From NCBI GenBank assembly GCA_963840935.1, contig CAWJAS010000001.1, positions 192,875 to 256,874 of the forward strand: a stretch of DNA of 64,000 nucleotides. Direction: 5' to 3'. This DNA is from Candidatus Magasanikiibacteriota bacterium. Its GTDB lineage: Bacteria > Patescibacteriota > Patescibacteriia > Magasanikbacterales > GWA2-37-8. Shown here piece by piece: positions 18,148-28,752 of this stretch. The notes below the pieces were generated by a model. That model did not search any database. It had not been told where the DNA came from and saw only the letters and a program-made list of their open reading frames with translations. A program made the position numbers and the translations under genes. Position 1 is the first letter of the stretch; each line of letters starts with the position of its first letter.

Positions 18148-20391
18148 TTATTTCTTTTTTACTTTTTTTACTTTTTCTTTACTTATTTCTCCGGCGCATA
18201 ATTTGTTACTGCATTTAGTTTCGCCTTTTTTTGTTTCAACCATTGATTCACCACATTTTGGGCATTTGTCTCCGGTTGGTTTATCCCATAAAGCAAATTC
18301 ACATTTGGGATAGCGGTTACAGCCAAAAAATATTTTTCCGCGCTTTGTTTTTCGCTGGATCATTTCTCCTTCACCACATTTTGGGCATTTGATATTAATT
18401 TTAATTTCAATACTTTTTATATTTTTGCATTTTGGATAAGCGCTACAGCTCAAAAACGGTCCGTAGCGTCCGACTTTTCGTACCATCGGCTCACCGCATT
18501 TGTCGCATACTTCATCTGTTGGGGTAGCTTCAATTTCCGCCGGCAATTCCTCGCCGGGTAATGGTTTGGTGTTTTTGCAAGTCGGATAGGCGGAACAAGC
18601 CATAAATTTTCCGAACCGTCCAATCTTTATTATCATTGGCGCTCCACATTTATTGCACACTTCATCGGTTTTTTCTTCCGTCAATTCTTTTTTTGAAAGT
18701 TCCTTATCCTTTTTTTCCAAGTTATCACTGAATGGGCCGTAAAAATCCGCGATAATCGGTCGCCATTCTTTTTCACCGGATGCAATACTATCAAGGTTTT
18801 CTTCCATTTCCGCGGTGAATTTGTAATCAACAATATTTGGGAAATGTTCCACCAATAAGTCGTTAACCAAGTAGGCAATTTCTTTTGGAAACAGCTTTTT
18901 TTTATCATCGCGTTCCACATAGCCTCGGTCTTCAATTGTGGCAATTGTCGGGGCATATGTTGAAGGTCGACCAATGCCGTGTTCTTCCATAACTTTTACC
19001 AAAGTAGCGTCCGAGTATCTGCCCGGCGGTTCGGTAAAATGTTGTTCCGGTTTTAATTCTTCGCATTTTAAAGAAGTGCCTTTCTCAATTTTTGGCAAGA
19101 AATTTTCTTTTGTTTTTTCGGGATACAGTTTTAAAAAACCCGGGAAAACAATGTTTTGACCGTTCGCTCGAAAAACATATTTGTTATCCGAATCAATATC
19201 TATATTGGAATTATTTATTTTTGCCACGGCCATTTGCGAAGCCACCGCTCGACGCCATATCAAATCGTATAATTTATATTGGTTATTATCCAAATGACTC
19301 GCGATGCTTTCCGGATTAACGCTCGCTTCGGTCGGGCGAATAGCTTCATGCGCTTCTTGCGCGTTTTTGCTTTTTTTCTTAAAAGTTCTATATTCTCCGT
19401 TATAATAATCCGCGCCAAAATCACCCACAATAGCAATCTTCGCGTCCTCAAGGAATTTTTCTGATAAATTTGTTGAGTCGGTTCTCATATAGGTGATTAA
19501 ACCGACCGAACCGCTAGTTCCCAATTCAACTCCTTCATAAAGTTGTTGGGCGATGCGCATGGTTTGCTTGGCGGAAAAACCTAGACGGTGATTCGCTTCT
19601 TGTTGCAGGGTTGAAGTGGTGAAAGGCGGAGCCGGTTGGCGGTTTGTCAATTTGTCTTCGGTATTTTGCACCAAATATTTTGCACCGTTCAAATCACTTA
19701 AAATTTTATTGATGTCTTCGTTGTTTTTTAAATCCATTTTATCCAATTTTCCAGTAGGGGTAGAAATCAATTTTGCGGTAAATGGTTCGTTGATTGAGTC
19801 GGCAAATATTCCGTCCAAACTCCAATACTCTTCGGAAATAAAATTTTTAATTTCGCGTTCTCGTTCCACCACCAACCGCACGGCGACTGATTGCACTCGA
19901 CCGGCCGATAATCCTTTGGCCACTTTGCGCCAAAGAAAAGGGGAGAGCTTGTATCCGACCAATCTATCCAGTATGCGACGAGCTTGTTGGGCGTCCACCA
20001 GATTAAAATCCAACTTGCGGGGATTTTTTAGGGCGTGTTCTATGGCCGATTTGGTAATTTCATGAAAAGTGATTCGTTCGATTTTTTTTTCATTTACTCC
20101 GAGAATAGATGATAAGTGCCAAGAAATAGCTTCTCCTTCGCGGTCCTCATCGGTAGCGAATAGTATTTTATCGGATTTTTTTGCCGAATCTTTCAATTCT
20201 TTAACGGTTTTTGATTTATCTTTGGCGACAGTATATTTTGGTTCAAAATTATTTTCAATATCAATACCCAGTTCCTTTTTTGGCAAATCGCGCACATGGC
20301 CAAAAGAGGACTTTACAATAAAATCTTTTCCTAAAAATTTGGAAATGGTTTTGGCTTTTGCCGGCGACTCCACAATTACCAATGTTTTCAT
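18148..20391 (-). CDS. topA: DNA topoisomerase I
   Basis: LVIVESPAKAKTI, ATDEDREGEAI, SAGRVQS, LITYMRTDS, C-terminal C4 zinc ribbons. Confidence 0.99.
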   Translation of the reverse strand: MKTLVIVESPAKAKTISKFLGKDFIVKSSFGHVRDLPKKELGIDIENNFEPKYTVAKDKSKTVKELKDSAKKSDKILFATDEDREGEAISWHLSSILGVNEKKIERITFHEITKSAIEHALKNPRKLDFNLVDAQQARRILDRLVGYKLSPFLWRKVAKGLSAGRVQSVAVRLVVEREREIKNFISEEYWSLDGIFADSINEPFTAKLISTPTGKLDKMDLKNNEDINKILSDLNGAKYLVQNTEDKLTNRQPAPPFTTSTLQQEANHRLGFSAKQTMRIAQQLYEGVELGTSGSVGLITYMRTDSTNLSEKFLEDAKIAIVGDFGADYYNGEYRTFKKKSKNAQEAHEAIRPTEASVNPESIASHLDNNQYKLYDLIWRRAVASQMAVAKINNSNIDIDSDNKYVFRANGQNIVFPGFLKLYPEKTKENFLPKIEKGTSLKCEELKPEQHFTEPPGRYSDATLVKVMEEHGIGRPSTYAPTIATIEDRGYVERDDKKKLFPKEIAYLVNDLLVEHFPNIVDYKFTAEMEENLDSIASGEKEWRPIIADFYGPFSDNLEKKDKELSKKELTEEKTDEVCNKCGAPMIIKIGRFGKFMACSAYPTCKNTKPLPGEELPAEIEATPTDEVCDKCGEPMVRKVGRYGPFLSCSAYPKCKNIKSIEIKINIKCPKCGEGEMIQRKTKRGKIFFGCNRYPKCEFALWDKPTGDKCPKCGESMVETKKGETKCSNKLCAGEISKEKVKKVKKK

Positions 20392-20445
20392 AAAAATTCA
20401 TTAGAATTTCACTATATTAGCGAAGCTTGACGCTTATGTCAAATA

Positions 20446-21522
20446 TTACAATATAATGTAATGCAAATTACCCAGATTTTTTATTATTCCATTTATTTCC
20501 ATCATTACAAGATTACTGCTGATTTCTTGGCTTTCCAAACCGGTGCTTTCAATTATTTTATCGATATGAACCGGGTTATCGGATAAGCAAGAAATAATTG
20601 TTTTTTCCGTTTCATTAAGTGGTGGTAAAACTTTTTTTGTTTGGCCAATCACATCCGCCAGATTCAGCAACTGCGCCACATCTTCCGCTTCTGTTATTAA
20701 ATGCGCCCCTTGTTTCAAAATCTTGTTGCATCCTTCTCCCAAAATTGAATTAGCCTGGTGGGGCACAGCCATTACTTCGCGATTATAATCAAGAGCTAAT
20801 CGAGCCGTGATGAGCGCTCCCGAGGTGATAGGCGCTTCAATAACCAATGTTCCCGAAGATAATCCGGCGATAATTCTGTTTCTGGCCGGGAAAGTTGCTT
20901 TGTTTGGTTCAAAATATGGAGGATATTCGGAAACAAGGCATCCGCCGTTAAATACGATTTTTTCCGCCAATGCTCGGTTGGCGCCAGGACCGACAGTATT
21001 TTTATCAACTCCTCCGCCCAGCACGGCAATTGTTTTTCCGCCATTATTAATAGTTGTGTCATGCGCGACCGCGTCAAGTCCGAGCGCCAAACCGCTGACA
21101 ATCACAATATTTAATTTTACGAGGTCGGCGACAATTTTTTCAGCCATCAATTTTCCATAATGTGTGATTTTTCTTGTGCCGACAACGCCAAGATAAGAGT
21201 AATCTTTTTCCGGCCACTCACCCCGAATGAATAGAGTAACGGGAGAGTCGGGAATTTCTTTTAATAATTTCGGAAAATCCTTTTCATCAAATGATAATGT
21301 CCATATTTTTTCTTTTTCTAAAATTGCTTGCAATTTTTCCGGCGGATTTGTTTCTCGCCAAGAAACAAACTCGTGAGCGATATTTTCATCCCAGCCGATT
21401 TTTTGCAAATCATTTACCTCGGTCATCATTATTTCATTGGAATCAGAAAAATAATCCGCCAGCATTTTGAACCGGCGGTTGTTAAATTTTGGAAAAAAAG
21501 ATAAATAGGCTAAGGCGTTCAT
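20446..21522 (-). CDS. dprA: DNA processing protein DprA
   Basis: VVGTRK, IVSGLALGLD, FPARNRIIAGLS, SGALITA. Confidence 0.97.
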   Translation of the reverse strand: MNALAYLSFFPKFNNRRFKMLADYFSDSNEIMMTEVNDLQKIGWDENIAHEFVSWRETNPPEKLQAILEKEKIWTLSFDEKDFPKLLKEIPDSPVTLFIRGEWPEKDYSYLGVVGTRKITHYGKLMAEKIVADLVKLNIVIVSGLALGLDAVAHDTTINNGGKTIAVLGGGVDKNTVGPGANRALAEKIVFNGGCLVSEYPPYFEPNKATFPARNRIIAGLSSGTLVIEAPITSGALITARLALDYNREVMAVPHQANSILGEGCNKILKQGAHLITEAEDVAQLLNLADVIGQTKKVLPPLNETEKTIISCLSDNPVHIDKIIESTGLESQEISSNLVMMEINGIIKNLGNLHYIIL

Positions 21523-22058
21523 AATTGCGAGATAGTTAATTTCGCCATAATTTCTTCTACCGCGTTATTAATCAGTTTTTTAATTGCTATTTTTTCTAAA
21601 GCGGTAAATTTTTTCAAAACAAAATCAGCCGTGTCTTTAATTTCCGTTTTTGGCTTTATGCCAAATCTTAATCTAAAAAAAGTTTTCACTCCCAAGCGGT
21701 CGATTATTGATTGGACGCCGTTATGGCCGGCCGAAGAACGGTTAAATTGAAGTTTGAATTCACCCAAAGCAATATCTTTGTCATCATGAATAATAATAAT
21801 GTCTTTTGTGTCGATTTTGAAAAATTTTGTAGCCTCGAACACCGCTACACCGGATTCGTTCATGTAGGTCATTGGTTTTAACAATATTATTTTTTGATTG
21901 TTAATTTTTATTTCCGCTATTTGAGAATTGAATTTTTTGTTAATAGCAAAGACAGCGCCGGTTGATTCGGCCAGTGCGTCGATAATGTCAAAACCGATAT
22001 TATGCCTCGTACCTTGATATTTTTTGTCGGGATTTCCCAAGCCGACCACAAGTTTCAT
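21519..22058 (-). CDS. pth: Peptidyl-tRNA hydrolase
   Basis: VGLGNP, TRHNIGF, KPMTYMNESG, GHNGVQSI. Confidence 0.98.
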   Translation of the reverse strand: MKLVVGLGNPDKKYQGTRHNIGFDIIDALAESTGAVFAINKKFNSQIAEIKINNQKIILLKPMTYMNESGVAVFEATKFFKIDTKDIIIIHDDKDIALGEFKLQFNRSSAGHNGVQSIIDRLGVKTFFRLRFGIKPKTEIKDTADFVLKKFTALEKIAIKKLINNAVEEIMAKLTISQL

Positions 22059-22059
22059 A

Positions 22060-23433
22060 TTAACGTTTTAATTTTCTCATTTTAATTATAATTGGAGCGG
22101 CGAAAAAATTCCACTGTTCTCGCATTCTTCTTTTTAGAAAATATATGTAAGAAACATGGAGCGAAGTTTTTTGTTTGATATCGATTTCAAAAACCGGAGG
22201 GTTTGAATCAATTTGTTTGAAACCAAGAATTTTTGGGTGGCGAACGCCTTTGCCACGCGATGGCTTGTGGACGCGCATCATTTTATTCAAAAATTCTTTT
22301 AATTCTTCTTTGGAAATCACTGTTTTTTTGCCTTCTTCCGCTTGTTTGATGAGGGGGAATATTTGATGTACCCGATATTGCGTCAAGGCACTCACAAAAA
22401 TAATCGGCGCGTAGTCCAAATGAGGAAAGTTTCTGATTACCATGGATTTCACTTCATTTCTGAAGGCGTCTTCATTATCTTCGGCCAAATCCCACTTGTT
22501 TACGATAATAATCACGCTTTTGGCATGTTGTTGCAAGAAACCGCCCAGTTGTTTGTCTTGGTCCGAAATCGGTTCAGAGGCGTCCAGGACAAATAGAATA
22601 ATGTCGGCTCTTTCAATTGCTTCCAAGCTTTTGCCGATGCCTTGGCGTTCAAGTTCATGGCCGACTTTTGTTTTTCGTCTAATTCCGGCTGTATCGATAA
22701 AAATAATTTGTTCATTATCCACCTCGACTAAAGTGTCGTGCGGTTCGCGAGTGGTGTGTGGCATATCAGAAACAATCACCCTGTCTTCCCCGATTAATTT
22801 ATTGAACAACATTGATTTGCCCACGTTTGGCTTTCCGATTAAAGCGACTTTGATAGCCGGTTTTTCAATAACTTTTTTGGGTCTAAGTTTTGCTTTTGAT
22901 AAATTCTTGAAAATCAAATCCAATAAATCACCGGCGTTACTGCCGTTTGTGGCTGATACCGGGAAAGGTGCGCCAAGAGCAAGCGACGCCCATTCTTTAT
23001 CGTAAACCCTTTCCCTGTCAACGGCGGTATCGGCTTTATTGCCAACCAAAATAATCGGTTTTTTGTTTTTATTTTTGGTGCGGATTTTTTTTGCCAGTTC
23101 TTTTTCCTGAGGAAGAATCCCGTTTTTTATATCGATAACAAACAATATCAAATCAGCCTCCTTTAAAGCAATATCCGTTTGCTCTATGATATCATTTTCA
23201 AGGCTAACGGTTTTGTCGAAAGTAAGTCCGCCCGTATCAACCAATTGGAAACTTTTGCCTCGCCAGACGACATTTTTTATGTTTCGTGTTCTCGTGGTGC
23301 CCGGCACATCAGAAACCAAAGCATGGGCTGATTCAGTCAAGCGGTTAAAAAGAGTAGATTTGCCCACGTTAACTCGTCCAATCAAAACAACGGAAGGTAA
23401 ATTTGATTTTTTAATTTTTGCGAGCGTTGCCAT
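22060..23433 (-). CDS. der: Ribosome biogenesis GTPase Der (EngA)
   Basis: Two G domains (GRVNVGKS...DTGG...NKAD; GKPNVGKS...DTAG...NKWD); start set at MATLAK. Confidence 0.97.
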   Translation of the reverse strand: MATLAKIKKSNLPSVVLIGRVNVGKSTLFNRLTESAHALVSDVPGTTRTRNIKNVVWRGKSFQLVDTGGLTFDKTVSLENDIIEQTDIALKEADLILFVIDIKNGILPQEKELAKKIRTKNKNKKPIILVGNKADTAVDRERVYDKEWASLALGAPFPVSATNGSNAGDLLDLIFKNLSKAKLRPKKVIEKPAIKVALIGKPNVGKSMLFNKLIGEDRVIVSDMPHTTREPHDTLVEVDNEQIIFIDTAGIRRKTKVGHELERQGIGKSLEAIERADIILFVLDASEPISDQDKQLGGFLQQHAKSVIIIVNKWDLAEDNEDAFRNEVKSMVIRNFPHLDYAPIIFVSALTQYRVHQIFPLIKQAEEGKKTVISKEELKEFLNKMMRVHKPSRGKGVRHPKILGFKQIDSNPPVFEIDIKQKTSLHVSYIYFLKRRMREQWNFFAAPIIIKMRKLKR

Positions 23434-23437
23434 ATTA

Positions 23438-25045
23438 TTATTCTTTAATGTCAATTCCTAAAATAATTAAAATATCGGTTTCAGGATTAAATTTGGCGCC
23501 TACCTCAACTGTGCCTTCACCTTCGGATTGATAATTTTCATGGAGCCAATCGGGGATTGTCATTTCTAATCGCGCGGGAATTTGCTTGAGCAAATATTCC
23601 AAAAGTTCGTTGGAGACGGATTGATTAATTAAATATATTGTGGTGGTGGCGATTGGTCGTTTTGCGCAGTTGCCAATGGTAATAATGTTGAACCCTTGGT
23701 CGGCTAACTGGCTTTGAGTGCGACTGGCCAAGCCGGCTCGCCATGTGCCATTTTGAATTTCTATTTTGGCATTTTCCAAAAAAGCCAATTGCTGAGTTGT
23801 GGTTGTGGAGAAAGTGCTGGTCGGAATTAGCGCGCTTGAAGTGGTGTTTATCGCATTGTTATTAAATTGTGAATCACTGTTTGTTTGCTCATTATAAGCC
23901 AGGGGAGTGTCGCTTGGTATGGCGGAACTGAAGCTGGTTTGGAAAATGTTTGTGATTGCCAGATTAATCGCGGAATAATCTCCGCCTTTGGGCGCAAGCA
24001 TAAAGGCGCCATTTGGCGCGATATATGAATAAAGGTATCCTTCGGGTGATGAATCGATAACCAAGTTTTTAATTTTTGAAGAGTCGATATCTTTGGCAAT
24101 GGAAGCCAAATAAATCATTTGTGAAAATTCAAGATTTGTATCGATATTATCAGAAAGCGATGTCCATATTTTGTGCAAAGTCGTCGGGCTGGTAAGCGTG
24201 CCAAAAGACATTATTTTGTCTTTTAAGGCGGAAATTATTTGTTGTTGCCGTCTTGAGCGAGCAAAATCAGAATTTTCACCATTGGTACCGTGTCTTGAAC
24301 GAGCGAATTTTAAAGCCAAGTCGCCGTTAAATTGCTGTGTGCCGGATGTGAAAGTAATGGTTTGATAAGAATAATTTTCTCCCGGGTATGAATAATCGGA
24401 AAAGGGTTGGGCGACATTTACCTCAATACCGCCAACAGCGTCAATCATTTGTTCAAATGCGTTAAAATTAACTCGCGCATAATACGGTATCTCCAGCCCG
24501 AATGTTTCGGCAAAAATTTGTCGCGCGTAATCTCCGCCTTGACCGGGGTTTAATTTTTCGCCTAGCGCATCAGCATAATTTATGCGTTGGGTGCCGTAGT
24601 TTGCGATTTTCACTCCCAGGTCCCGAGGGATGGAAACCATTGATACTTCTTTGGTGCTTGGTTTAATACTCACGATAATATTTGTATCTGAAAGGTAAGG
24701 TCCGTCATGCCCCGGTCCGCCGATTCCAAGAAGCAAAATATTGATTCTGTCTTCTTCCTCGCCGATTAATGATTTATCGTTGTAAAATAAAATATTTTTT
24801 ACAGTATCAAAAAAACCGATTTTTTTTGACCTGAGAAGTCCGCCGTTTTCACCACCGGTTCCGGCGACGACAAGCGCTCGAATACCCAAAATAGCAACCA
24901 AAATAATCGTTAAGCCGACAAAAAAATAAAGAAGTGTAATTCTTTTGTTTTTTATTGGGTTATTATCATTGGTTTTAATCAGGCTTTTTTCGCTTTCCGG
25001 AGCCAAAAAATTGACTGATTGTGATTTTGCTTTCAGTTCGCGCAT
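23438..25045 (-). CDS. LCP (LytR/CpsA/Psr) family protein with C-terminal LytR_C domain
   Basis: TM anchor, NILLLG, SDT, SIPRD, FARSRH, SDFARSRRQQ; IQNGTWRAGLAS. Start uncertain. Confidence 0.9.
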   Translation of the reverse strand: MRELKAKSQSVNFLAPESEKSLIKTNDNNPIKNKRITLLYFFVGLTIILVAILGIRALVVAGTGGENGGLLRSKKIGFFDTVKNILFYNDKSLIGEEEDRINILLLGIGGPGHDGPYLSDTNIIVSIKPSTKEVSMVSIPRDLGVKIANYGTQRINYADALGEKLNPGQGGDYARQIFAETFGLEIPYYARVNFNAFEQMIDAVGGIEVNVAQPFSDYSYPGENYSYQTITFTSGTQQFNGDLALKFARSRHGTNGENSDFARSRRQQQIISALKDKIMSFGTLTSPTTLHKIWTSLSDNIDTNLEFSQMIYLASIAKDIDSSKIKNLVIDSSPEGYLYSYIAPNGAFMLAPKGGDYSAINLAITNIFQTSFSSAIPSDTPLAYNEQTNSDSQFNNNAINTTSSALIPTSTFSTTTTQQLAFLENAKIEIQNGTWRAGLASRTQSQLADQGFNIITIGNCAKRPIATTTIYLINQSVSNELLEYLLKQIPARLEMTIPDWLHENYQSEGEGTVEVGAKFNPETDILIILGIDIKE

Positions 25046-25196
25046 AAATAACATAAACACGGCCATTGTATCATATATATAGCCTTTAATCAAATAATGG
25101 CCAAAAGTATAAATATTGATGTTTTTTGGCAATTGACTTGTTTAGCCGGTAAATTTATGCTATGATGAACAAGACGCAAGGGAGGAGCGCTCAAAC

Positions 25197-25270
25197 GGAC
25201 TCATAGCTCAGCTGGTTAGAGCGTACGGTTCACATCCGTAAGGTCAGAGGTTCGATCCCTCTTGGGTCCA
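25197..25270 (+). tRNA. tRNA-Val(CAC)
   Basis: GGACTCA/TGGGTCC acceptor, TAGCTCAGCTGGTTAGAGC, TACGG-TTCACAT-CCGTA, GGTTCGAT. Confidence 0.93.
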
Positions 25271-25292
25271 CGATTTTTTTGACCTATATTTT

Positions 25293-25799
25293 ATGGCGCA
25301 AGACATTACCAAAACTAACGTTAATACCGGCGATATTATTTTTTATTGGCAAATTAGAGAGTATGAAAAATATTATCGAAGCAAGCGCTGGTATTTGGTA
25401 ATGAGTTTAGTCGCCATTCTATTGATTATTTACGCGGTTTATTCGGCGAATTATTTGTTTGCTTTAATGATCGTGCTTTTTGGCATTATTCTTATAATGC
25501 AGGAAATGAATGAACCCGGAGAAATTGATTTTGGTATTTGCGAAACTGGTATTATTGTCGGGAATAAATATTATTCATTTTCGGAATTGGAGAAATATTG
25601 GATTGTATATAGCCCACCAGACACAAAAACTTTGTATTTTGAATTAAAAGGAATAATATTTCATCGATTGAGTATAAATTTAGAAGATGCCAATCCTAAT
25701 GAAATTAGGACGTTTTTGAACCAATATTTATTTGAAGATTTGGAAAAAGAAGAAGAGCCGTTAAGCGATCGGATTGGTCGATTGTTGAAGTTGCAATAA
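25293..25799 (+). CDS. Hypothetical membrane protein (two TM plus a soluble domain)
   Basis: Long ORF with core-like composition and two hydrophobic segments. Confidence 0.8.
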   Translation: MAQDITKTNVNTGDIIFYWQIREYEKYYRSKRWYLVMSLVAILLIIYAVYSANYLFALMIVLFGIILIMQEMNEPGEIDFGICETGIIVGNKYYSFSELEKYWIVYSPPDTKTLYFELKGIIFHRLSINLEDANPNEIRTFLNQYLFEDLEKEEEPLSDRIGRLLKLQ

Positions 25800-25852
25800 T
25801 TCAAGAAATATGCTATATTGAACCTCGATTATTTCGAGGTTTTTTATTGGAT

Positions 25853-25924
25853 GGCCTCGTCGTTCAACGGATAGGACGCAAGCTTGCGGAGCTTGTAATC
25901 TAGGTTCGATTCCTAGCGAGGTCA
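25853..25924 (+). tRNA. tRNA-Arg(GCG)
   Basis: GGCCTCG/CGAGGTC acceptor, CAAGC-TTGCGGA-GCTTG, CTAGGTTCGATTCCTAG. Confidence 0.93.
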
Positions 25925-25977
25925 CAAACCCGTCAGCCCAAGGCTGACGGGTTTTATGGTATAATTTGTTTATGAAT

Positions 25978-28089
25978 ATGGATTTTAATTTGCCAGTGGG
26001 AAAAATCAACAAGGTTGGCGCGGTAACGGCCAAAAAGTTAAAACGTCTTGGTATAGAAAAAGCCGGAGATTTGTTATATTGGTTTCCTTTTCGCTATGAA
26101 GATTATCGCAAAATATTGCCGATAAAAGATCTTGCCGATGGTGTGGAAGCGACCATTCGCGGACGTGTGGAGATGATTGCCAACAGGCGAAGCTTTCGAA
26201 GTCGTAAAAATATAACCGAAGCCTTGGTCCATGACGATTCAGGTAGTATTAGAGTTACTTGGTTTAATCAGCCATTTATAATTAAAAATATTAAAGCGGG
26301 AGAAGTTATTTTTTTGTCGGGTAAAATAAAATCAGACATGCTCGGGGCTAGGCTCCTAAGCCCGATGTATGAAAAAGAGACAAAAAAAGAAACAACACAC
26401 ACGGCTCGCTTGGTGCCAATATATCCTTCAACCGGCGGGCTAACTCAAAAACAAATTCGATATTTGATATCACAAGTTTTGCCGATTGCCGAATCGGTTA
26501 AAGATTGGATGCCTAGCGAAATAATAAAAAGATTTTCTCTTATTCCTATTTCATCGGCATTACTTGGAATTCATTTTCCAAAAAATGAAAGTGAATTAAA
26601 AAAAAGCACGGAAAGACTTAAATTTGATGAATTATTTTTGATACAATTAAGAGCGCAGATTGCCAGAAAAAAGCAAAAAAAAGAGAAAGCTCCAGCAATA
26701 GTTTTTCACGAACAAGAAATTAAAAAATTTGTTGGCAGTTTACCGTTTGCTTTAACCGTTACACAAAAAATATCGGCCTGGGAAATACTCAGAGATTTGG
26801 AAAAAAATAATCCAATGAACCGATTACTGTCGGGTGATGTTGGGTCGGGGAAAACTATTGTTGCAACCATTTCTCTTTTAAATGTTATTTTGAGCGGTTA
26901 TCAAGGTGTGCTTTTGGCGCCAACAGAAATTTTAGCCCGTCAGCATTTTGATACCATAAGCGGTCTTTTGGGTGATAAATTAAAAATCGCGCTTTTGACT
27001 CGCTCACAATATTTTTTAGCTGGTCATTCGAGTCCTCGTGGGGATGACACAGCAGAGCTTTTTTCGAAGAAACAAATAATTGAAGAAATAAGCGAAGGGA
27101 AGGTCGATATTGTAATAGGCACTCACGCTTTGCTTTCCGAAAAAGTACGGTTCAAAGACATCGGTTTGATTATTGTTGACGAACAGCATCGTTTTGGAGT
27201 TAATCAAAGAAAGGCGATTAAAGACAAAACAAAAGAAATATCCGCTCATTATTTGAGTATGACAGCCACTCCGATTCCGCGTTCGCTTGCTCTTACAATT
27301 TATGGCGATTTGGATTTATCAATTATCAATGAGATGCCTGTGGGAAGAAAACCGATTATAACTCGTTTGGTGGAGCCAAAGAACAGAGCGAAAGCTTATG
27401 AATTTATTCGCGGGCAAATTAAAAATGGCAGACAAGCTTTTGTTGTCTGCCCCTTGATTGAAGACACAAACGAAACAGAGAATATTTTGCCCGGCTTGTC
27501 ATTTAATGAAGAAAAAAAGACCGTAATGAAAGAATATGAAAAATTAGTCAAAGAAATTTTTCCTGATTTGGTGGTCGGGTTTATTCATGGTAAATTAAAA
27601 CCACCGGAAAAAGAATTGGCAATGAAAAAATTTAAAAATAATGAAATTAATATTTTGATTTCAACATCGGTTGTTGAAGTGGGAGTGAATATTCCAAATG
27701 CCAGTGTGATGATGATAGAGGGTGCGGAAAGATTTGGTATGGCCCAATTACATCAGTTTAGGGGGCGTGTTGGTCGTTCAATTTATCAATCATATTGCTT
27801 GTTATTTACCGAATCAAAGTCAGAAAAAGTATCCGACCGACTTCAGTATTTTGAAAAAAATATTGATGGGTTTAAATTGGCGGAAAAGGATTTGGAAACG
27901 CGAGGGCCGGGCGAAGTATATGGCATTCGACAAAGCGGACTTATGAATTTGCGTTTGGCTAAATTAACAGACCAAGATATTATAAAAAAATCCCGCCAAG
28001 CGGCGGAGCAAATTGCGCTAAAGGCCGATAATCATTCATTGTTAGTTAGTAAGCTGGTTGACTGGGAAAAAACTTTGCACTTGGAATAA
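25978..28089 (+). CDS. recG: ATP-dependent DNA helicase RecG
   Basis: FPFRYED, GDVGSGKT, APTEILARQH, DEQHRFGV, MTATPIPR, QLHQFRGRVGR. Confidence 0.98.
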   Translation: MDFNLPVGKINKVGAVTAKKLKRLGIEKAGDLLYWFPFRYEDYRKILPIKDLADGVEATIRGRVEMIANRRSFRSRKNITEALVHDDSGSIRVTWFNQPFIIKNIKAGEVIFLSGKIKSDMLGARLLSPMYEKETKKETTHTARLVPIYPSTGGLTQKQIRYLISQVLPIAESVKDWMPSEIIKRFSLIPISSALLGIHFPKNESELKKSTERLKFDELFLIQLRAQIARKKQKKEKAPAIVFHEQEIKKFVGSLPFALTVTQKISAWEILRDLEKNNPMNRLLSGDVGSGKTIVATISLLNVILSGYQGVLLAPTEILARQHFDTISGLLGDKLKIALLTRSQYFLAGHSSPRGDDTAELFSKKQIIEEISEGKVDIVIGTHALLSEKVRFKDIGLIIVDEQHRFGVNQRKAIKDKTKEISAHYLSMTATPIPRSLALTIYGDLDLSIINEMPVGRKPIITRLVEPKNRAKAYEFIRGQIKNGRQAFVVCPLIEDTNETENILPGLSFNEEKKTVMKEYEKLVKEIFPDLVVGFIHGKLKPPEKELAMKKFKNNEINILISTSVVEVGVNIPNASVMMIEGAERFGMAQLHQFRGRVGRSIYQSYCLLFTESKSEKVSDRLQYFEKNIDGFKLAEKDLETRGPGEVYGIRQSGLMNLRLAKLTDQDIIKKSRQAAEQIALKADNHSLLVSKLVDWEKTLHLE

Positions 28090-28206
28090 TAAATGATGCA
28101 CTTTAACGGGTTGACATAATTACGTTTTTGTGCTATTTTTTTTTCATCAAGTTCCGGCAAGGGTTATTTGCCGGAAGCAAACGGTTGGCAAAAAAAGGAG
28201 GGAAAC

Positions 28207-28665
28207 ATGGGTGCTCGTCAAAGAAGGGACTTGGAACATGCGGTCGCGCCAGTGTCGGGGAGGCGCGAAAAGGAGACCGACAAGATCAAGGTGATGATCA
28301 TGAGGCCGGGAAACGGCCATTACGAACCTTTTTTGTTCCGGCTTAGCTTGACCGACTTTTTTCAAGGGAAAATGGTTCAGGTCTACGGGCGTCCGGATCC
28401 TGACGCGAGCGATCGGATAATAAAAGTGCAGAAGCTCGTTTTCCGTTCGAATAAGGATTTGGACAAGGTTGTTCAGTTGGCAACCGACAGCATCATCGGT
28501 TTTCACCGTGCGAAAGCGGTTGTCCGCTACGGAGAAAAGCCCGACCTGTCCGGTGTGGGCGACCAAGTCAGTCGTTTTCTCGACAAGCTCGTTCGGCATC
28601 CGGCGATTGAAGTGAACGCTTCTTTGTTCCCCAACTTTTCTCGCCTCGGCACCAAACCCGCCTAG
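28207..28665 (+). CDS. Hypothetical protein (stand-alone ORFan cassette)
   Basis: GGAGGG SD before ATG 28207; TTGACA-17-TATTTT at 28111-28139; hairpin terminator ~28697-28737. Confidence 0.7.
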   Translation: MGARQRRDLEHAVAPVSGRREKETDKIKVMIMRPGNGHYEPFLFRLSLTDFFQGKMVQVYGRPDPDASDRIIKVQKLVFRSNKDLDKVVQLATDSIIGFHRAKAVVRYGEKPDLSGVGDQVSRFLDKLVRHPAIEVNASLFPNFSRLGTKPA

Positions 28666-28752
28666 AATTGCAATCAACCCCAAATAGCTCTTTACGAAAA
28701 AGTCCCACCTCGCGTCATGTGAAGTGGGACTATTTTTTTATTTGAAATTTTT

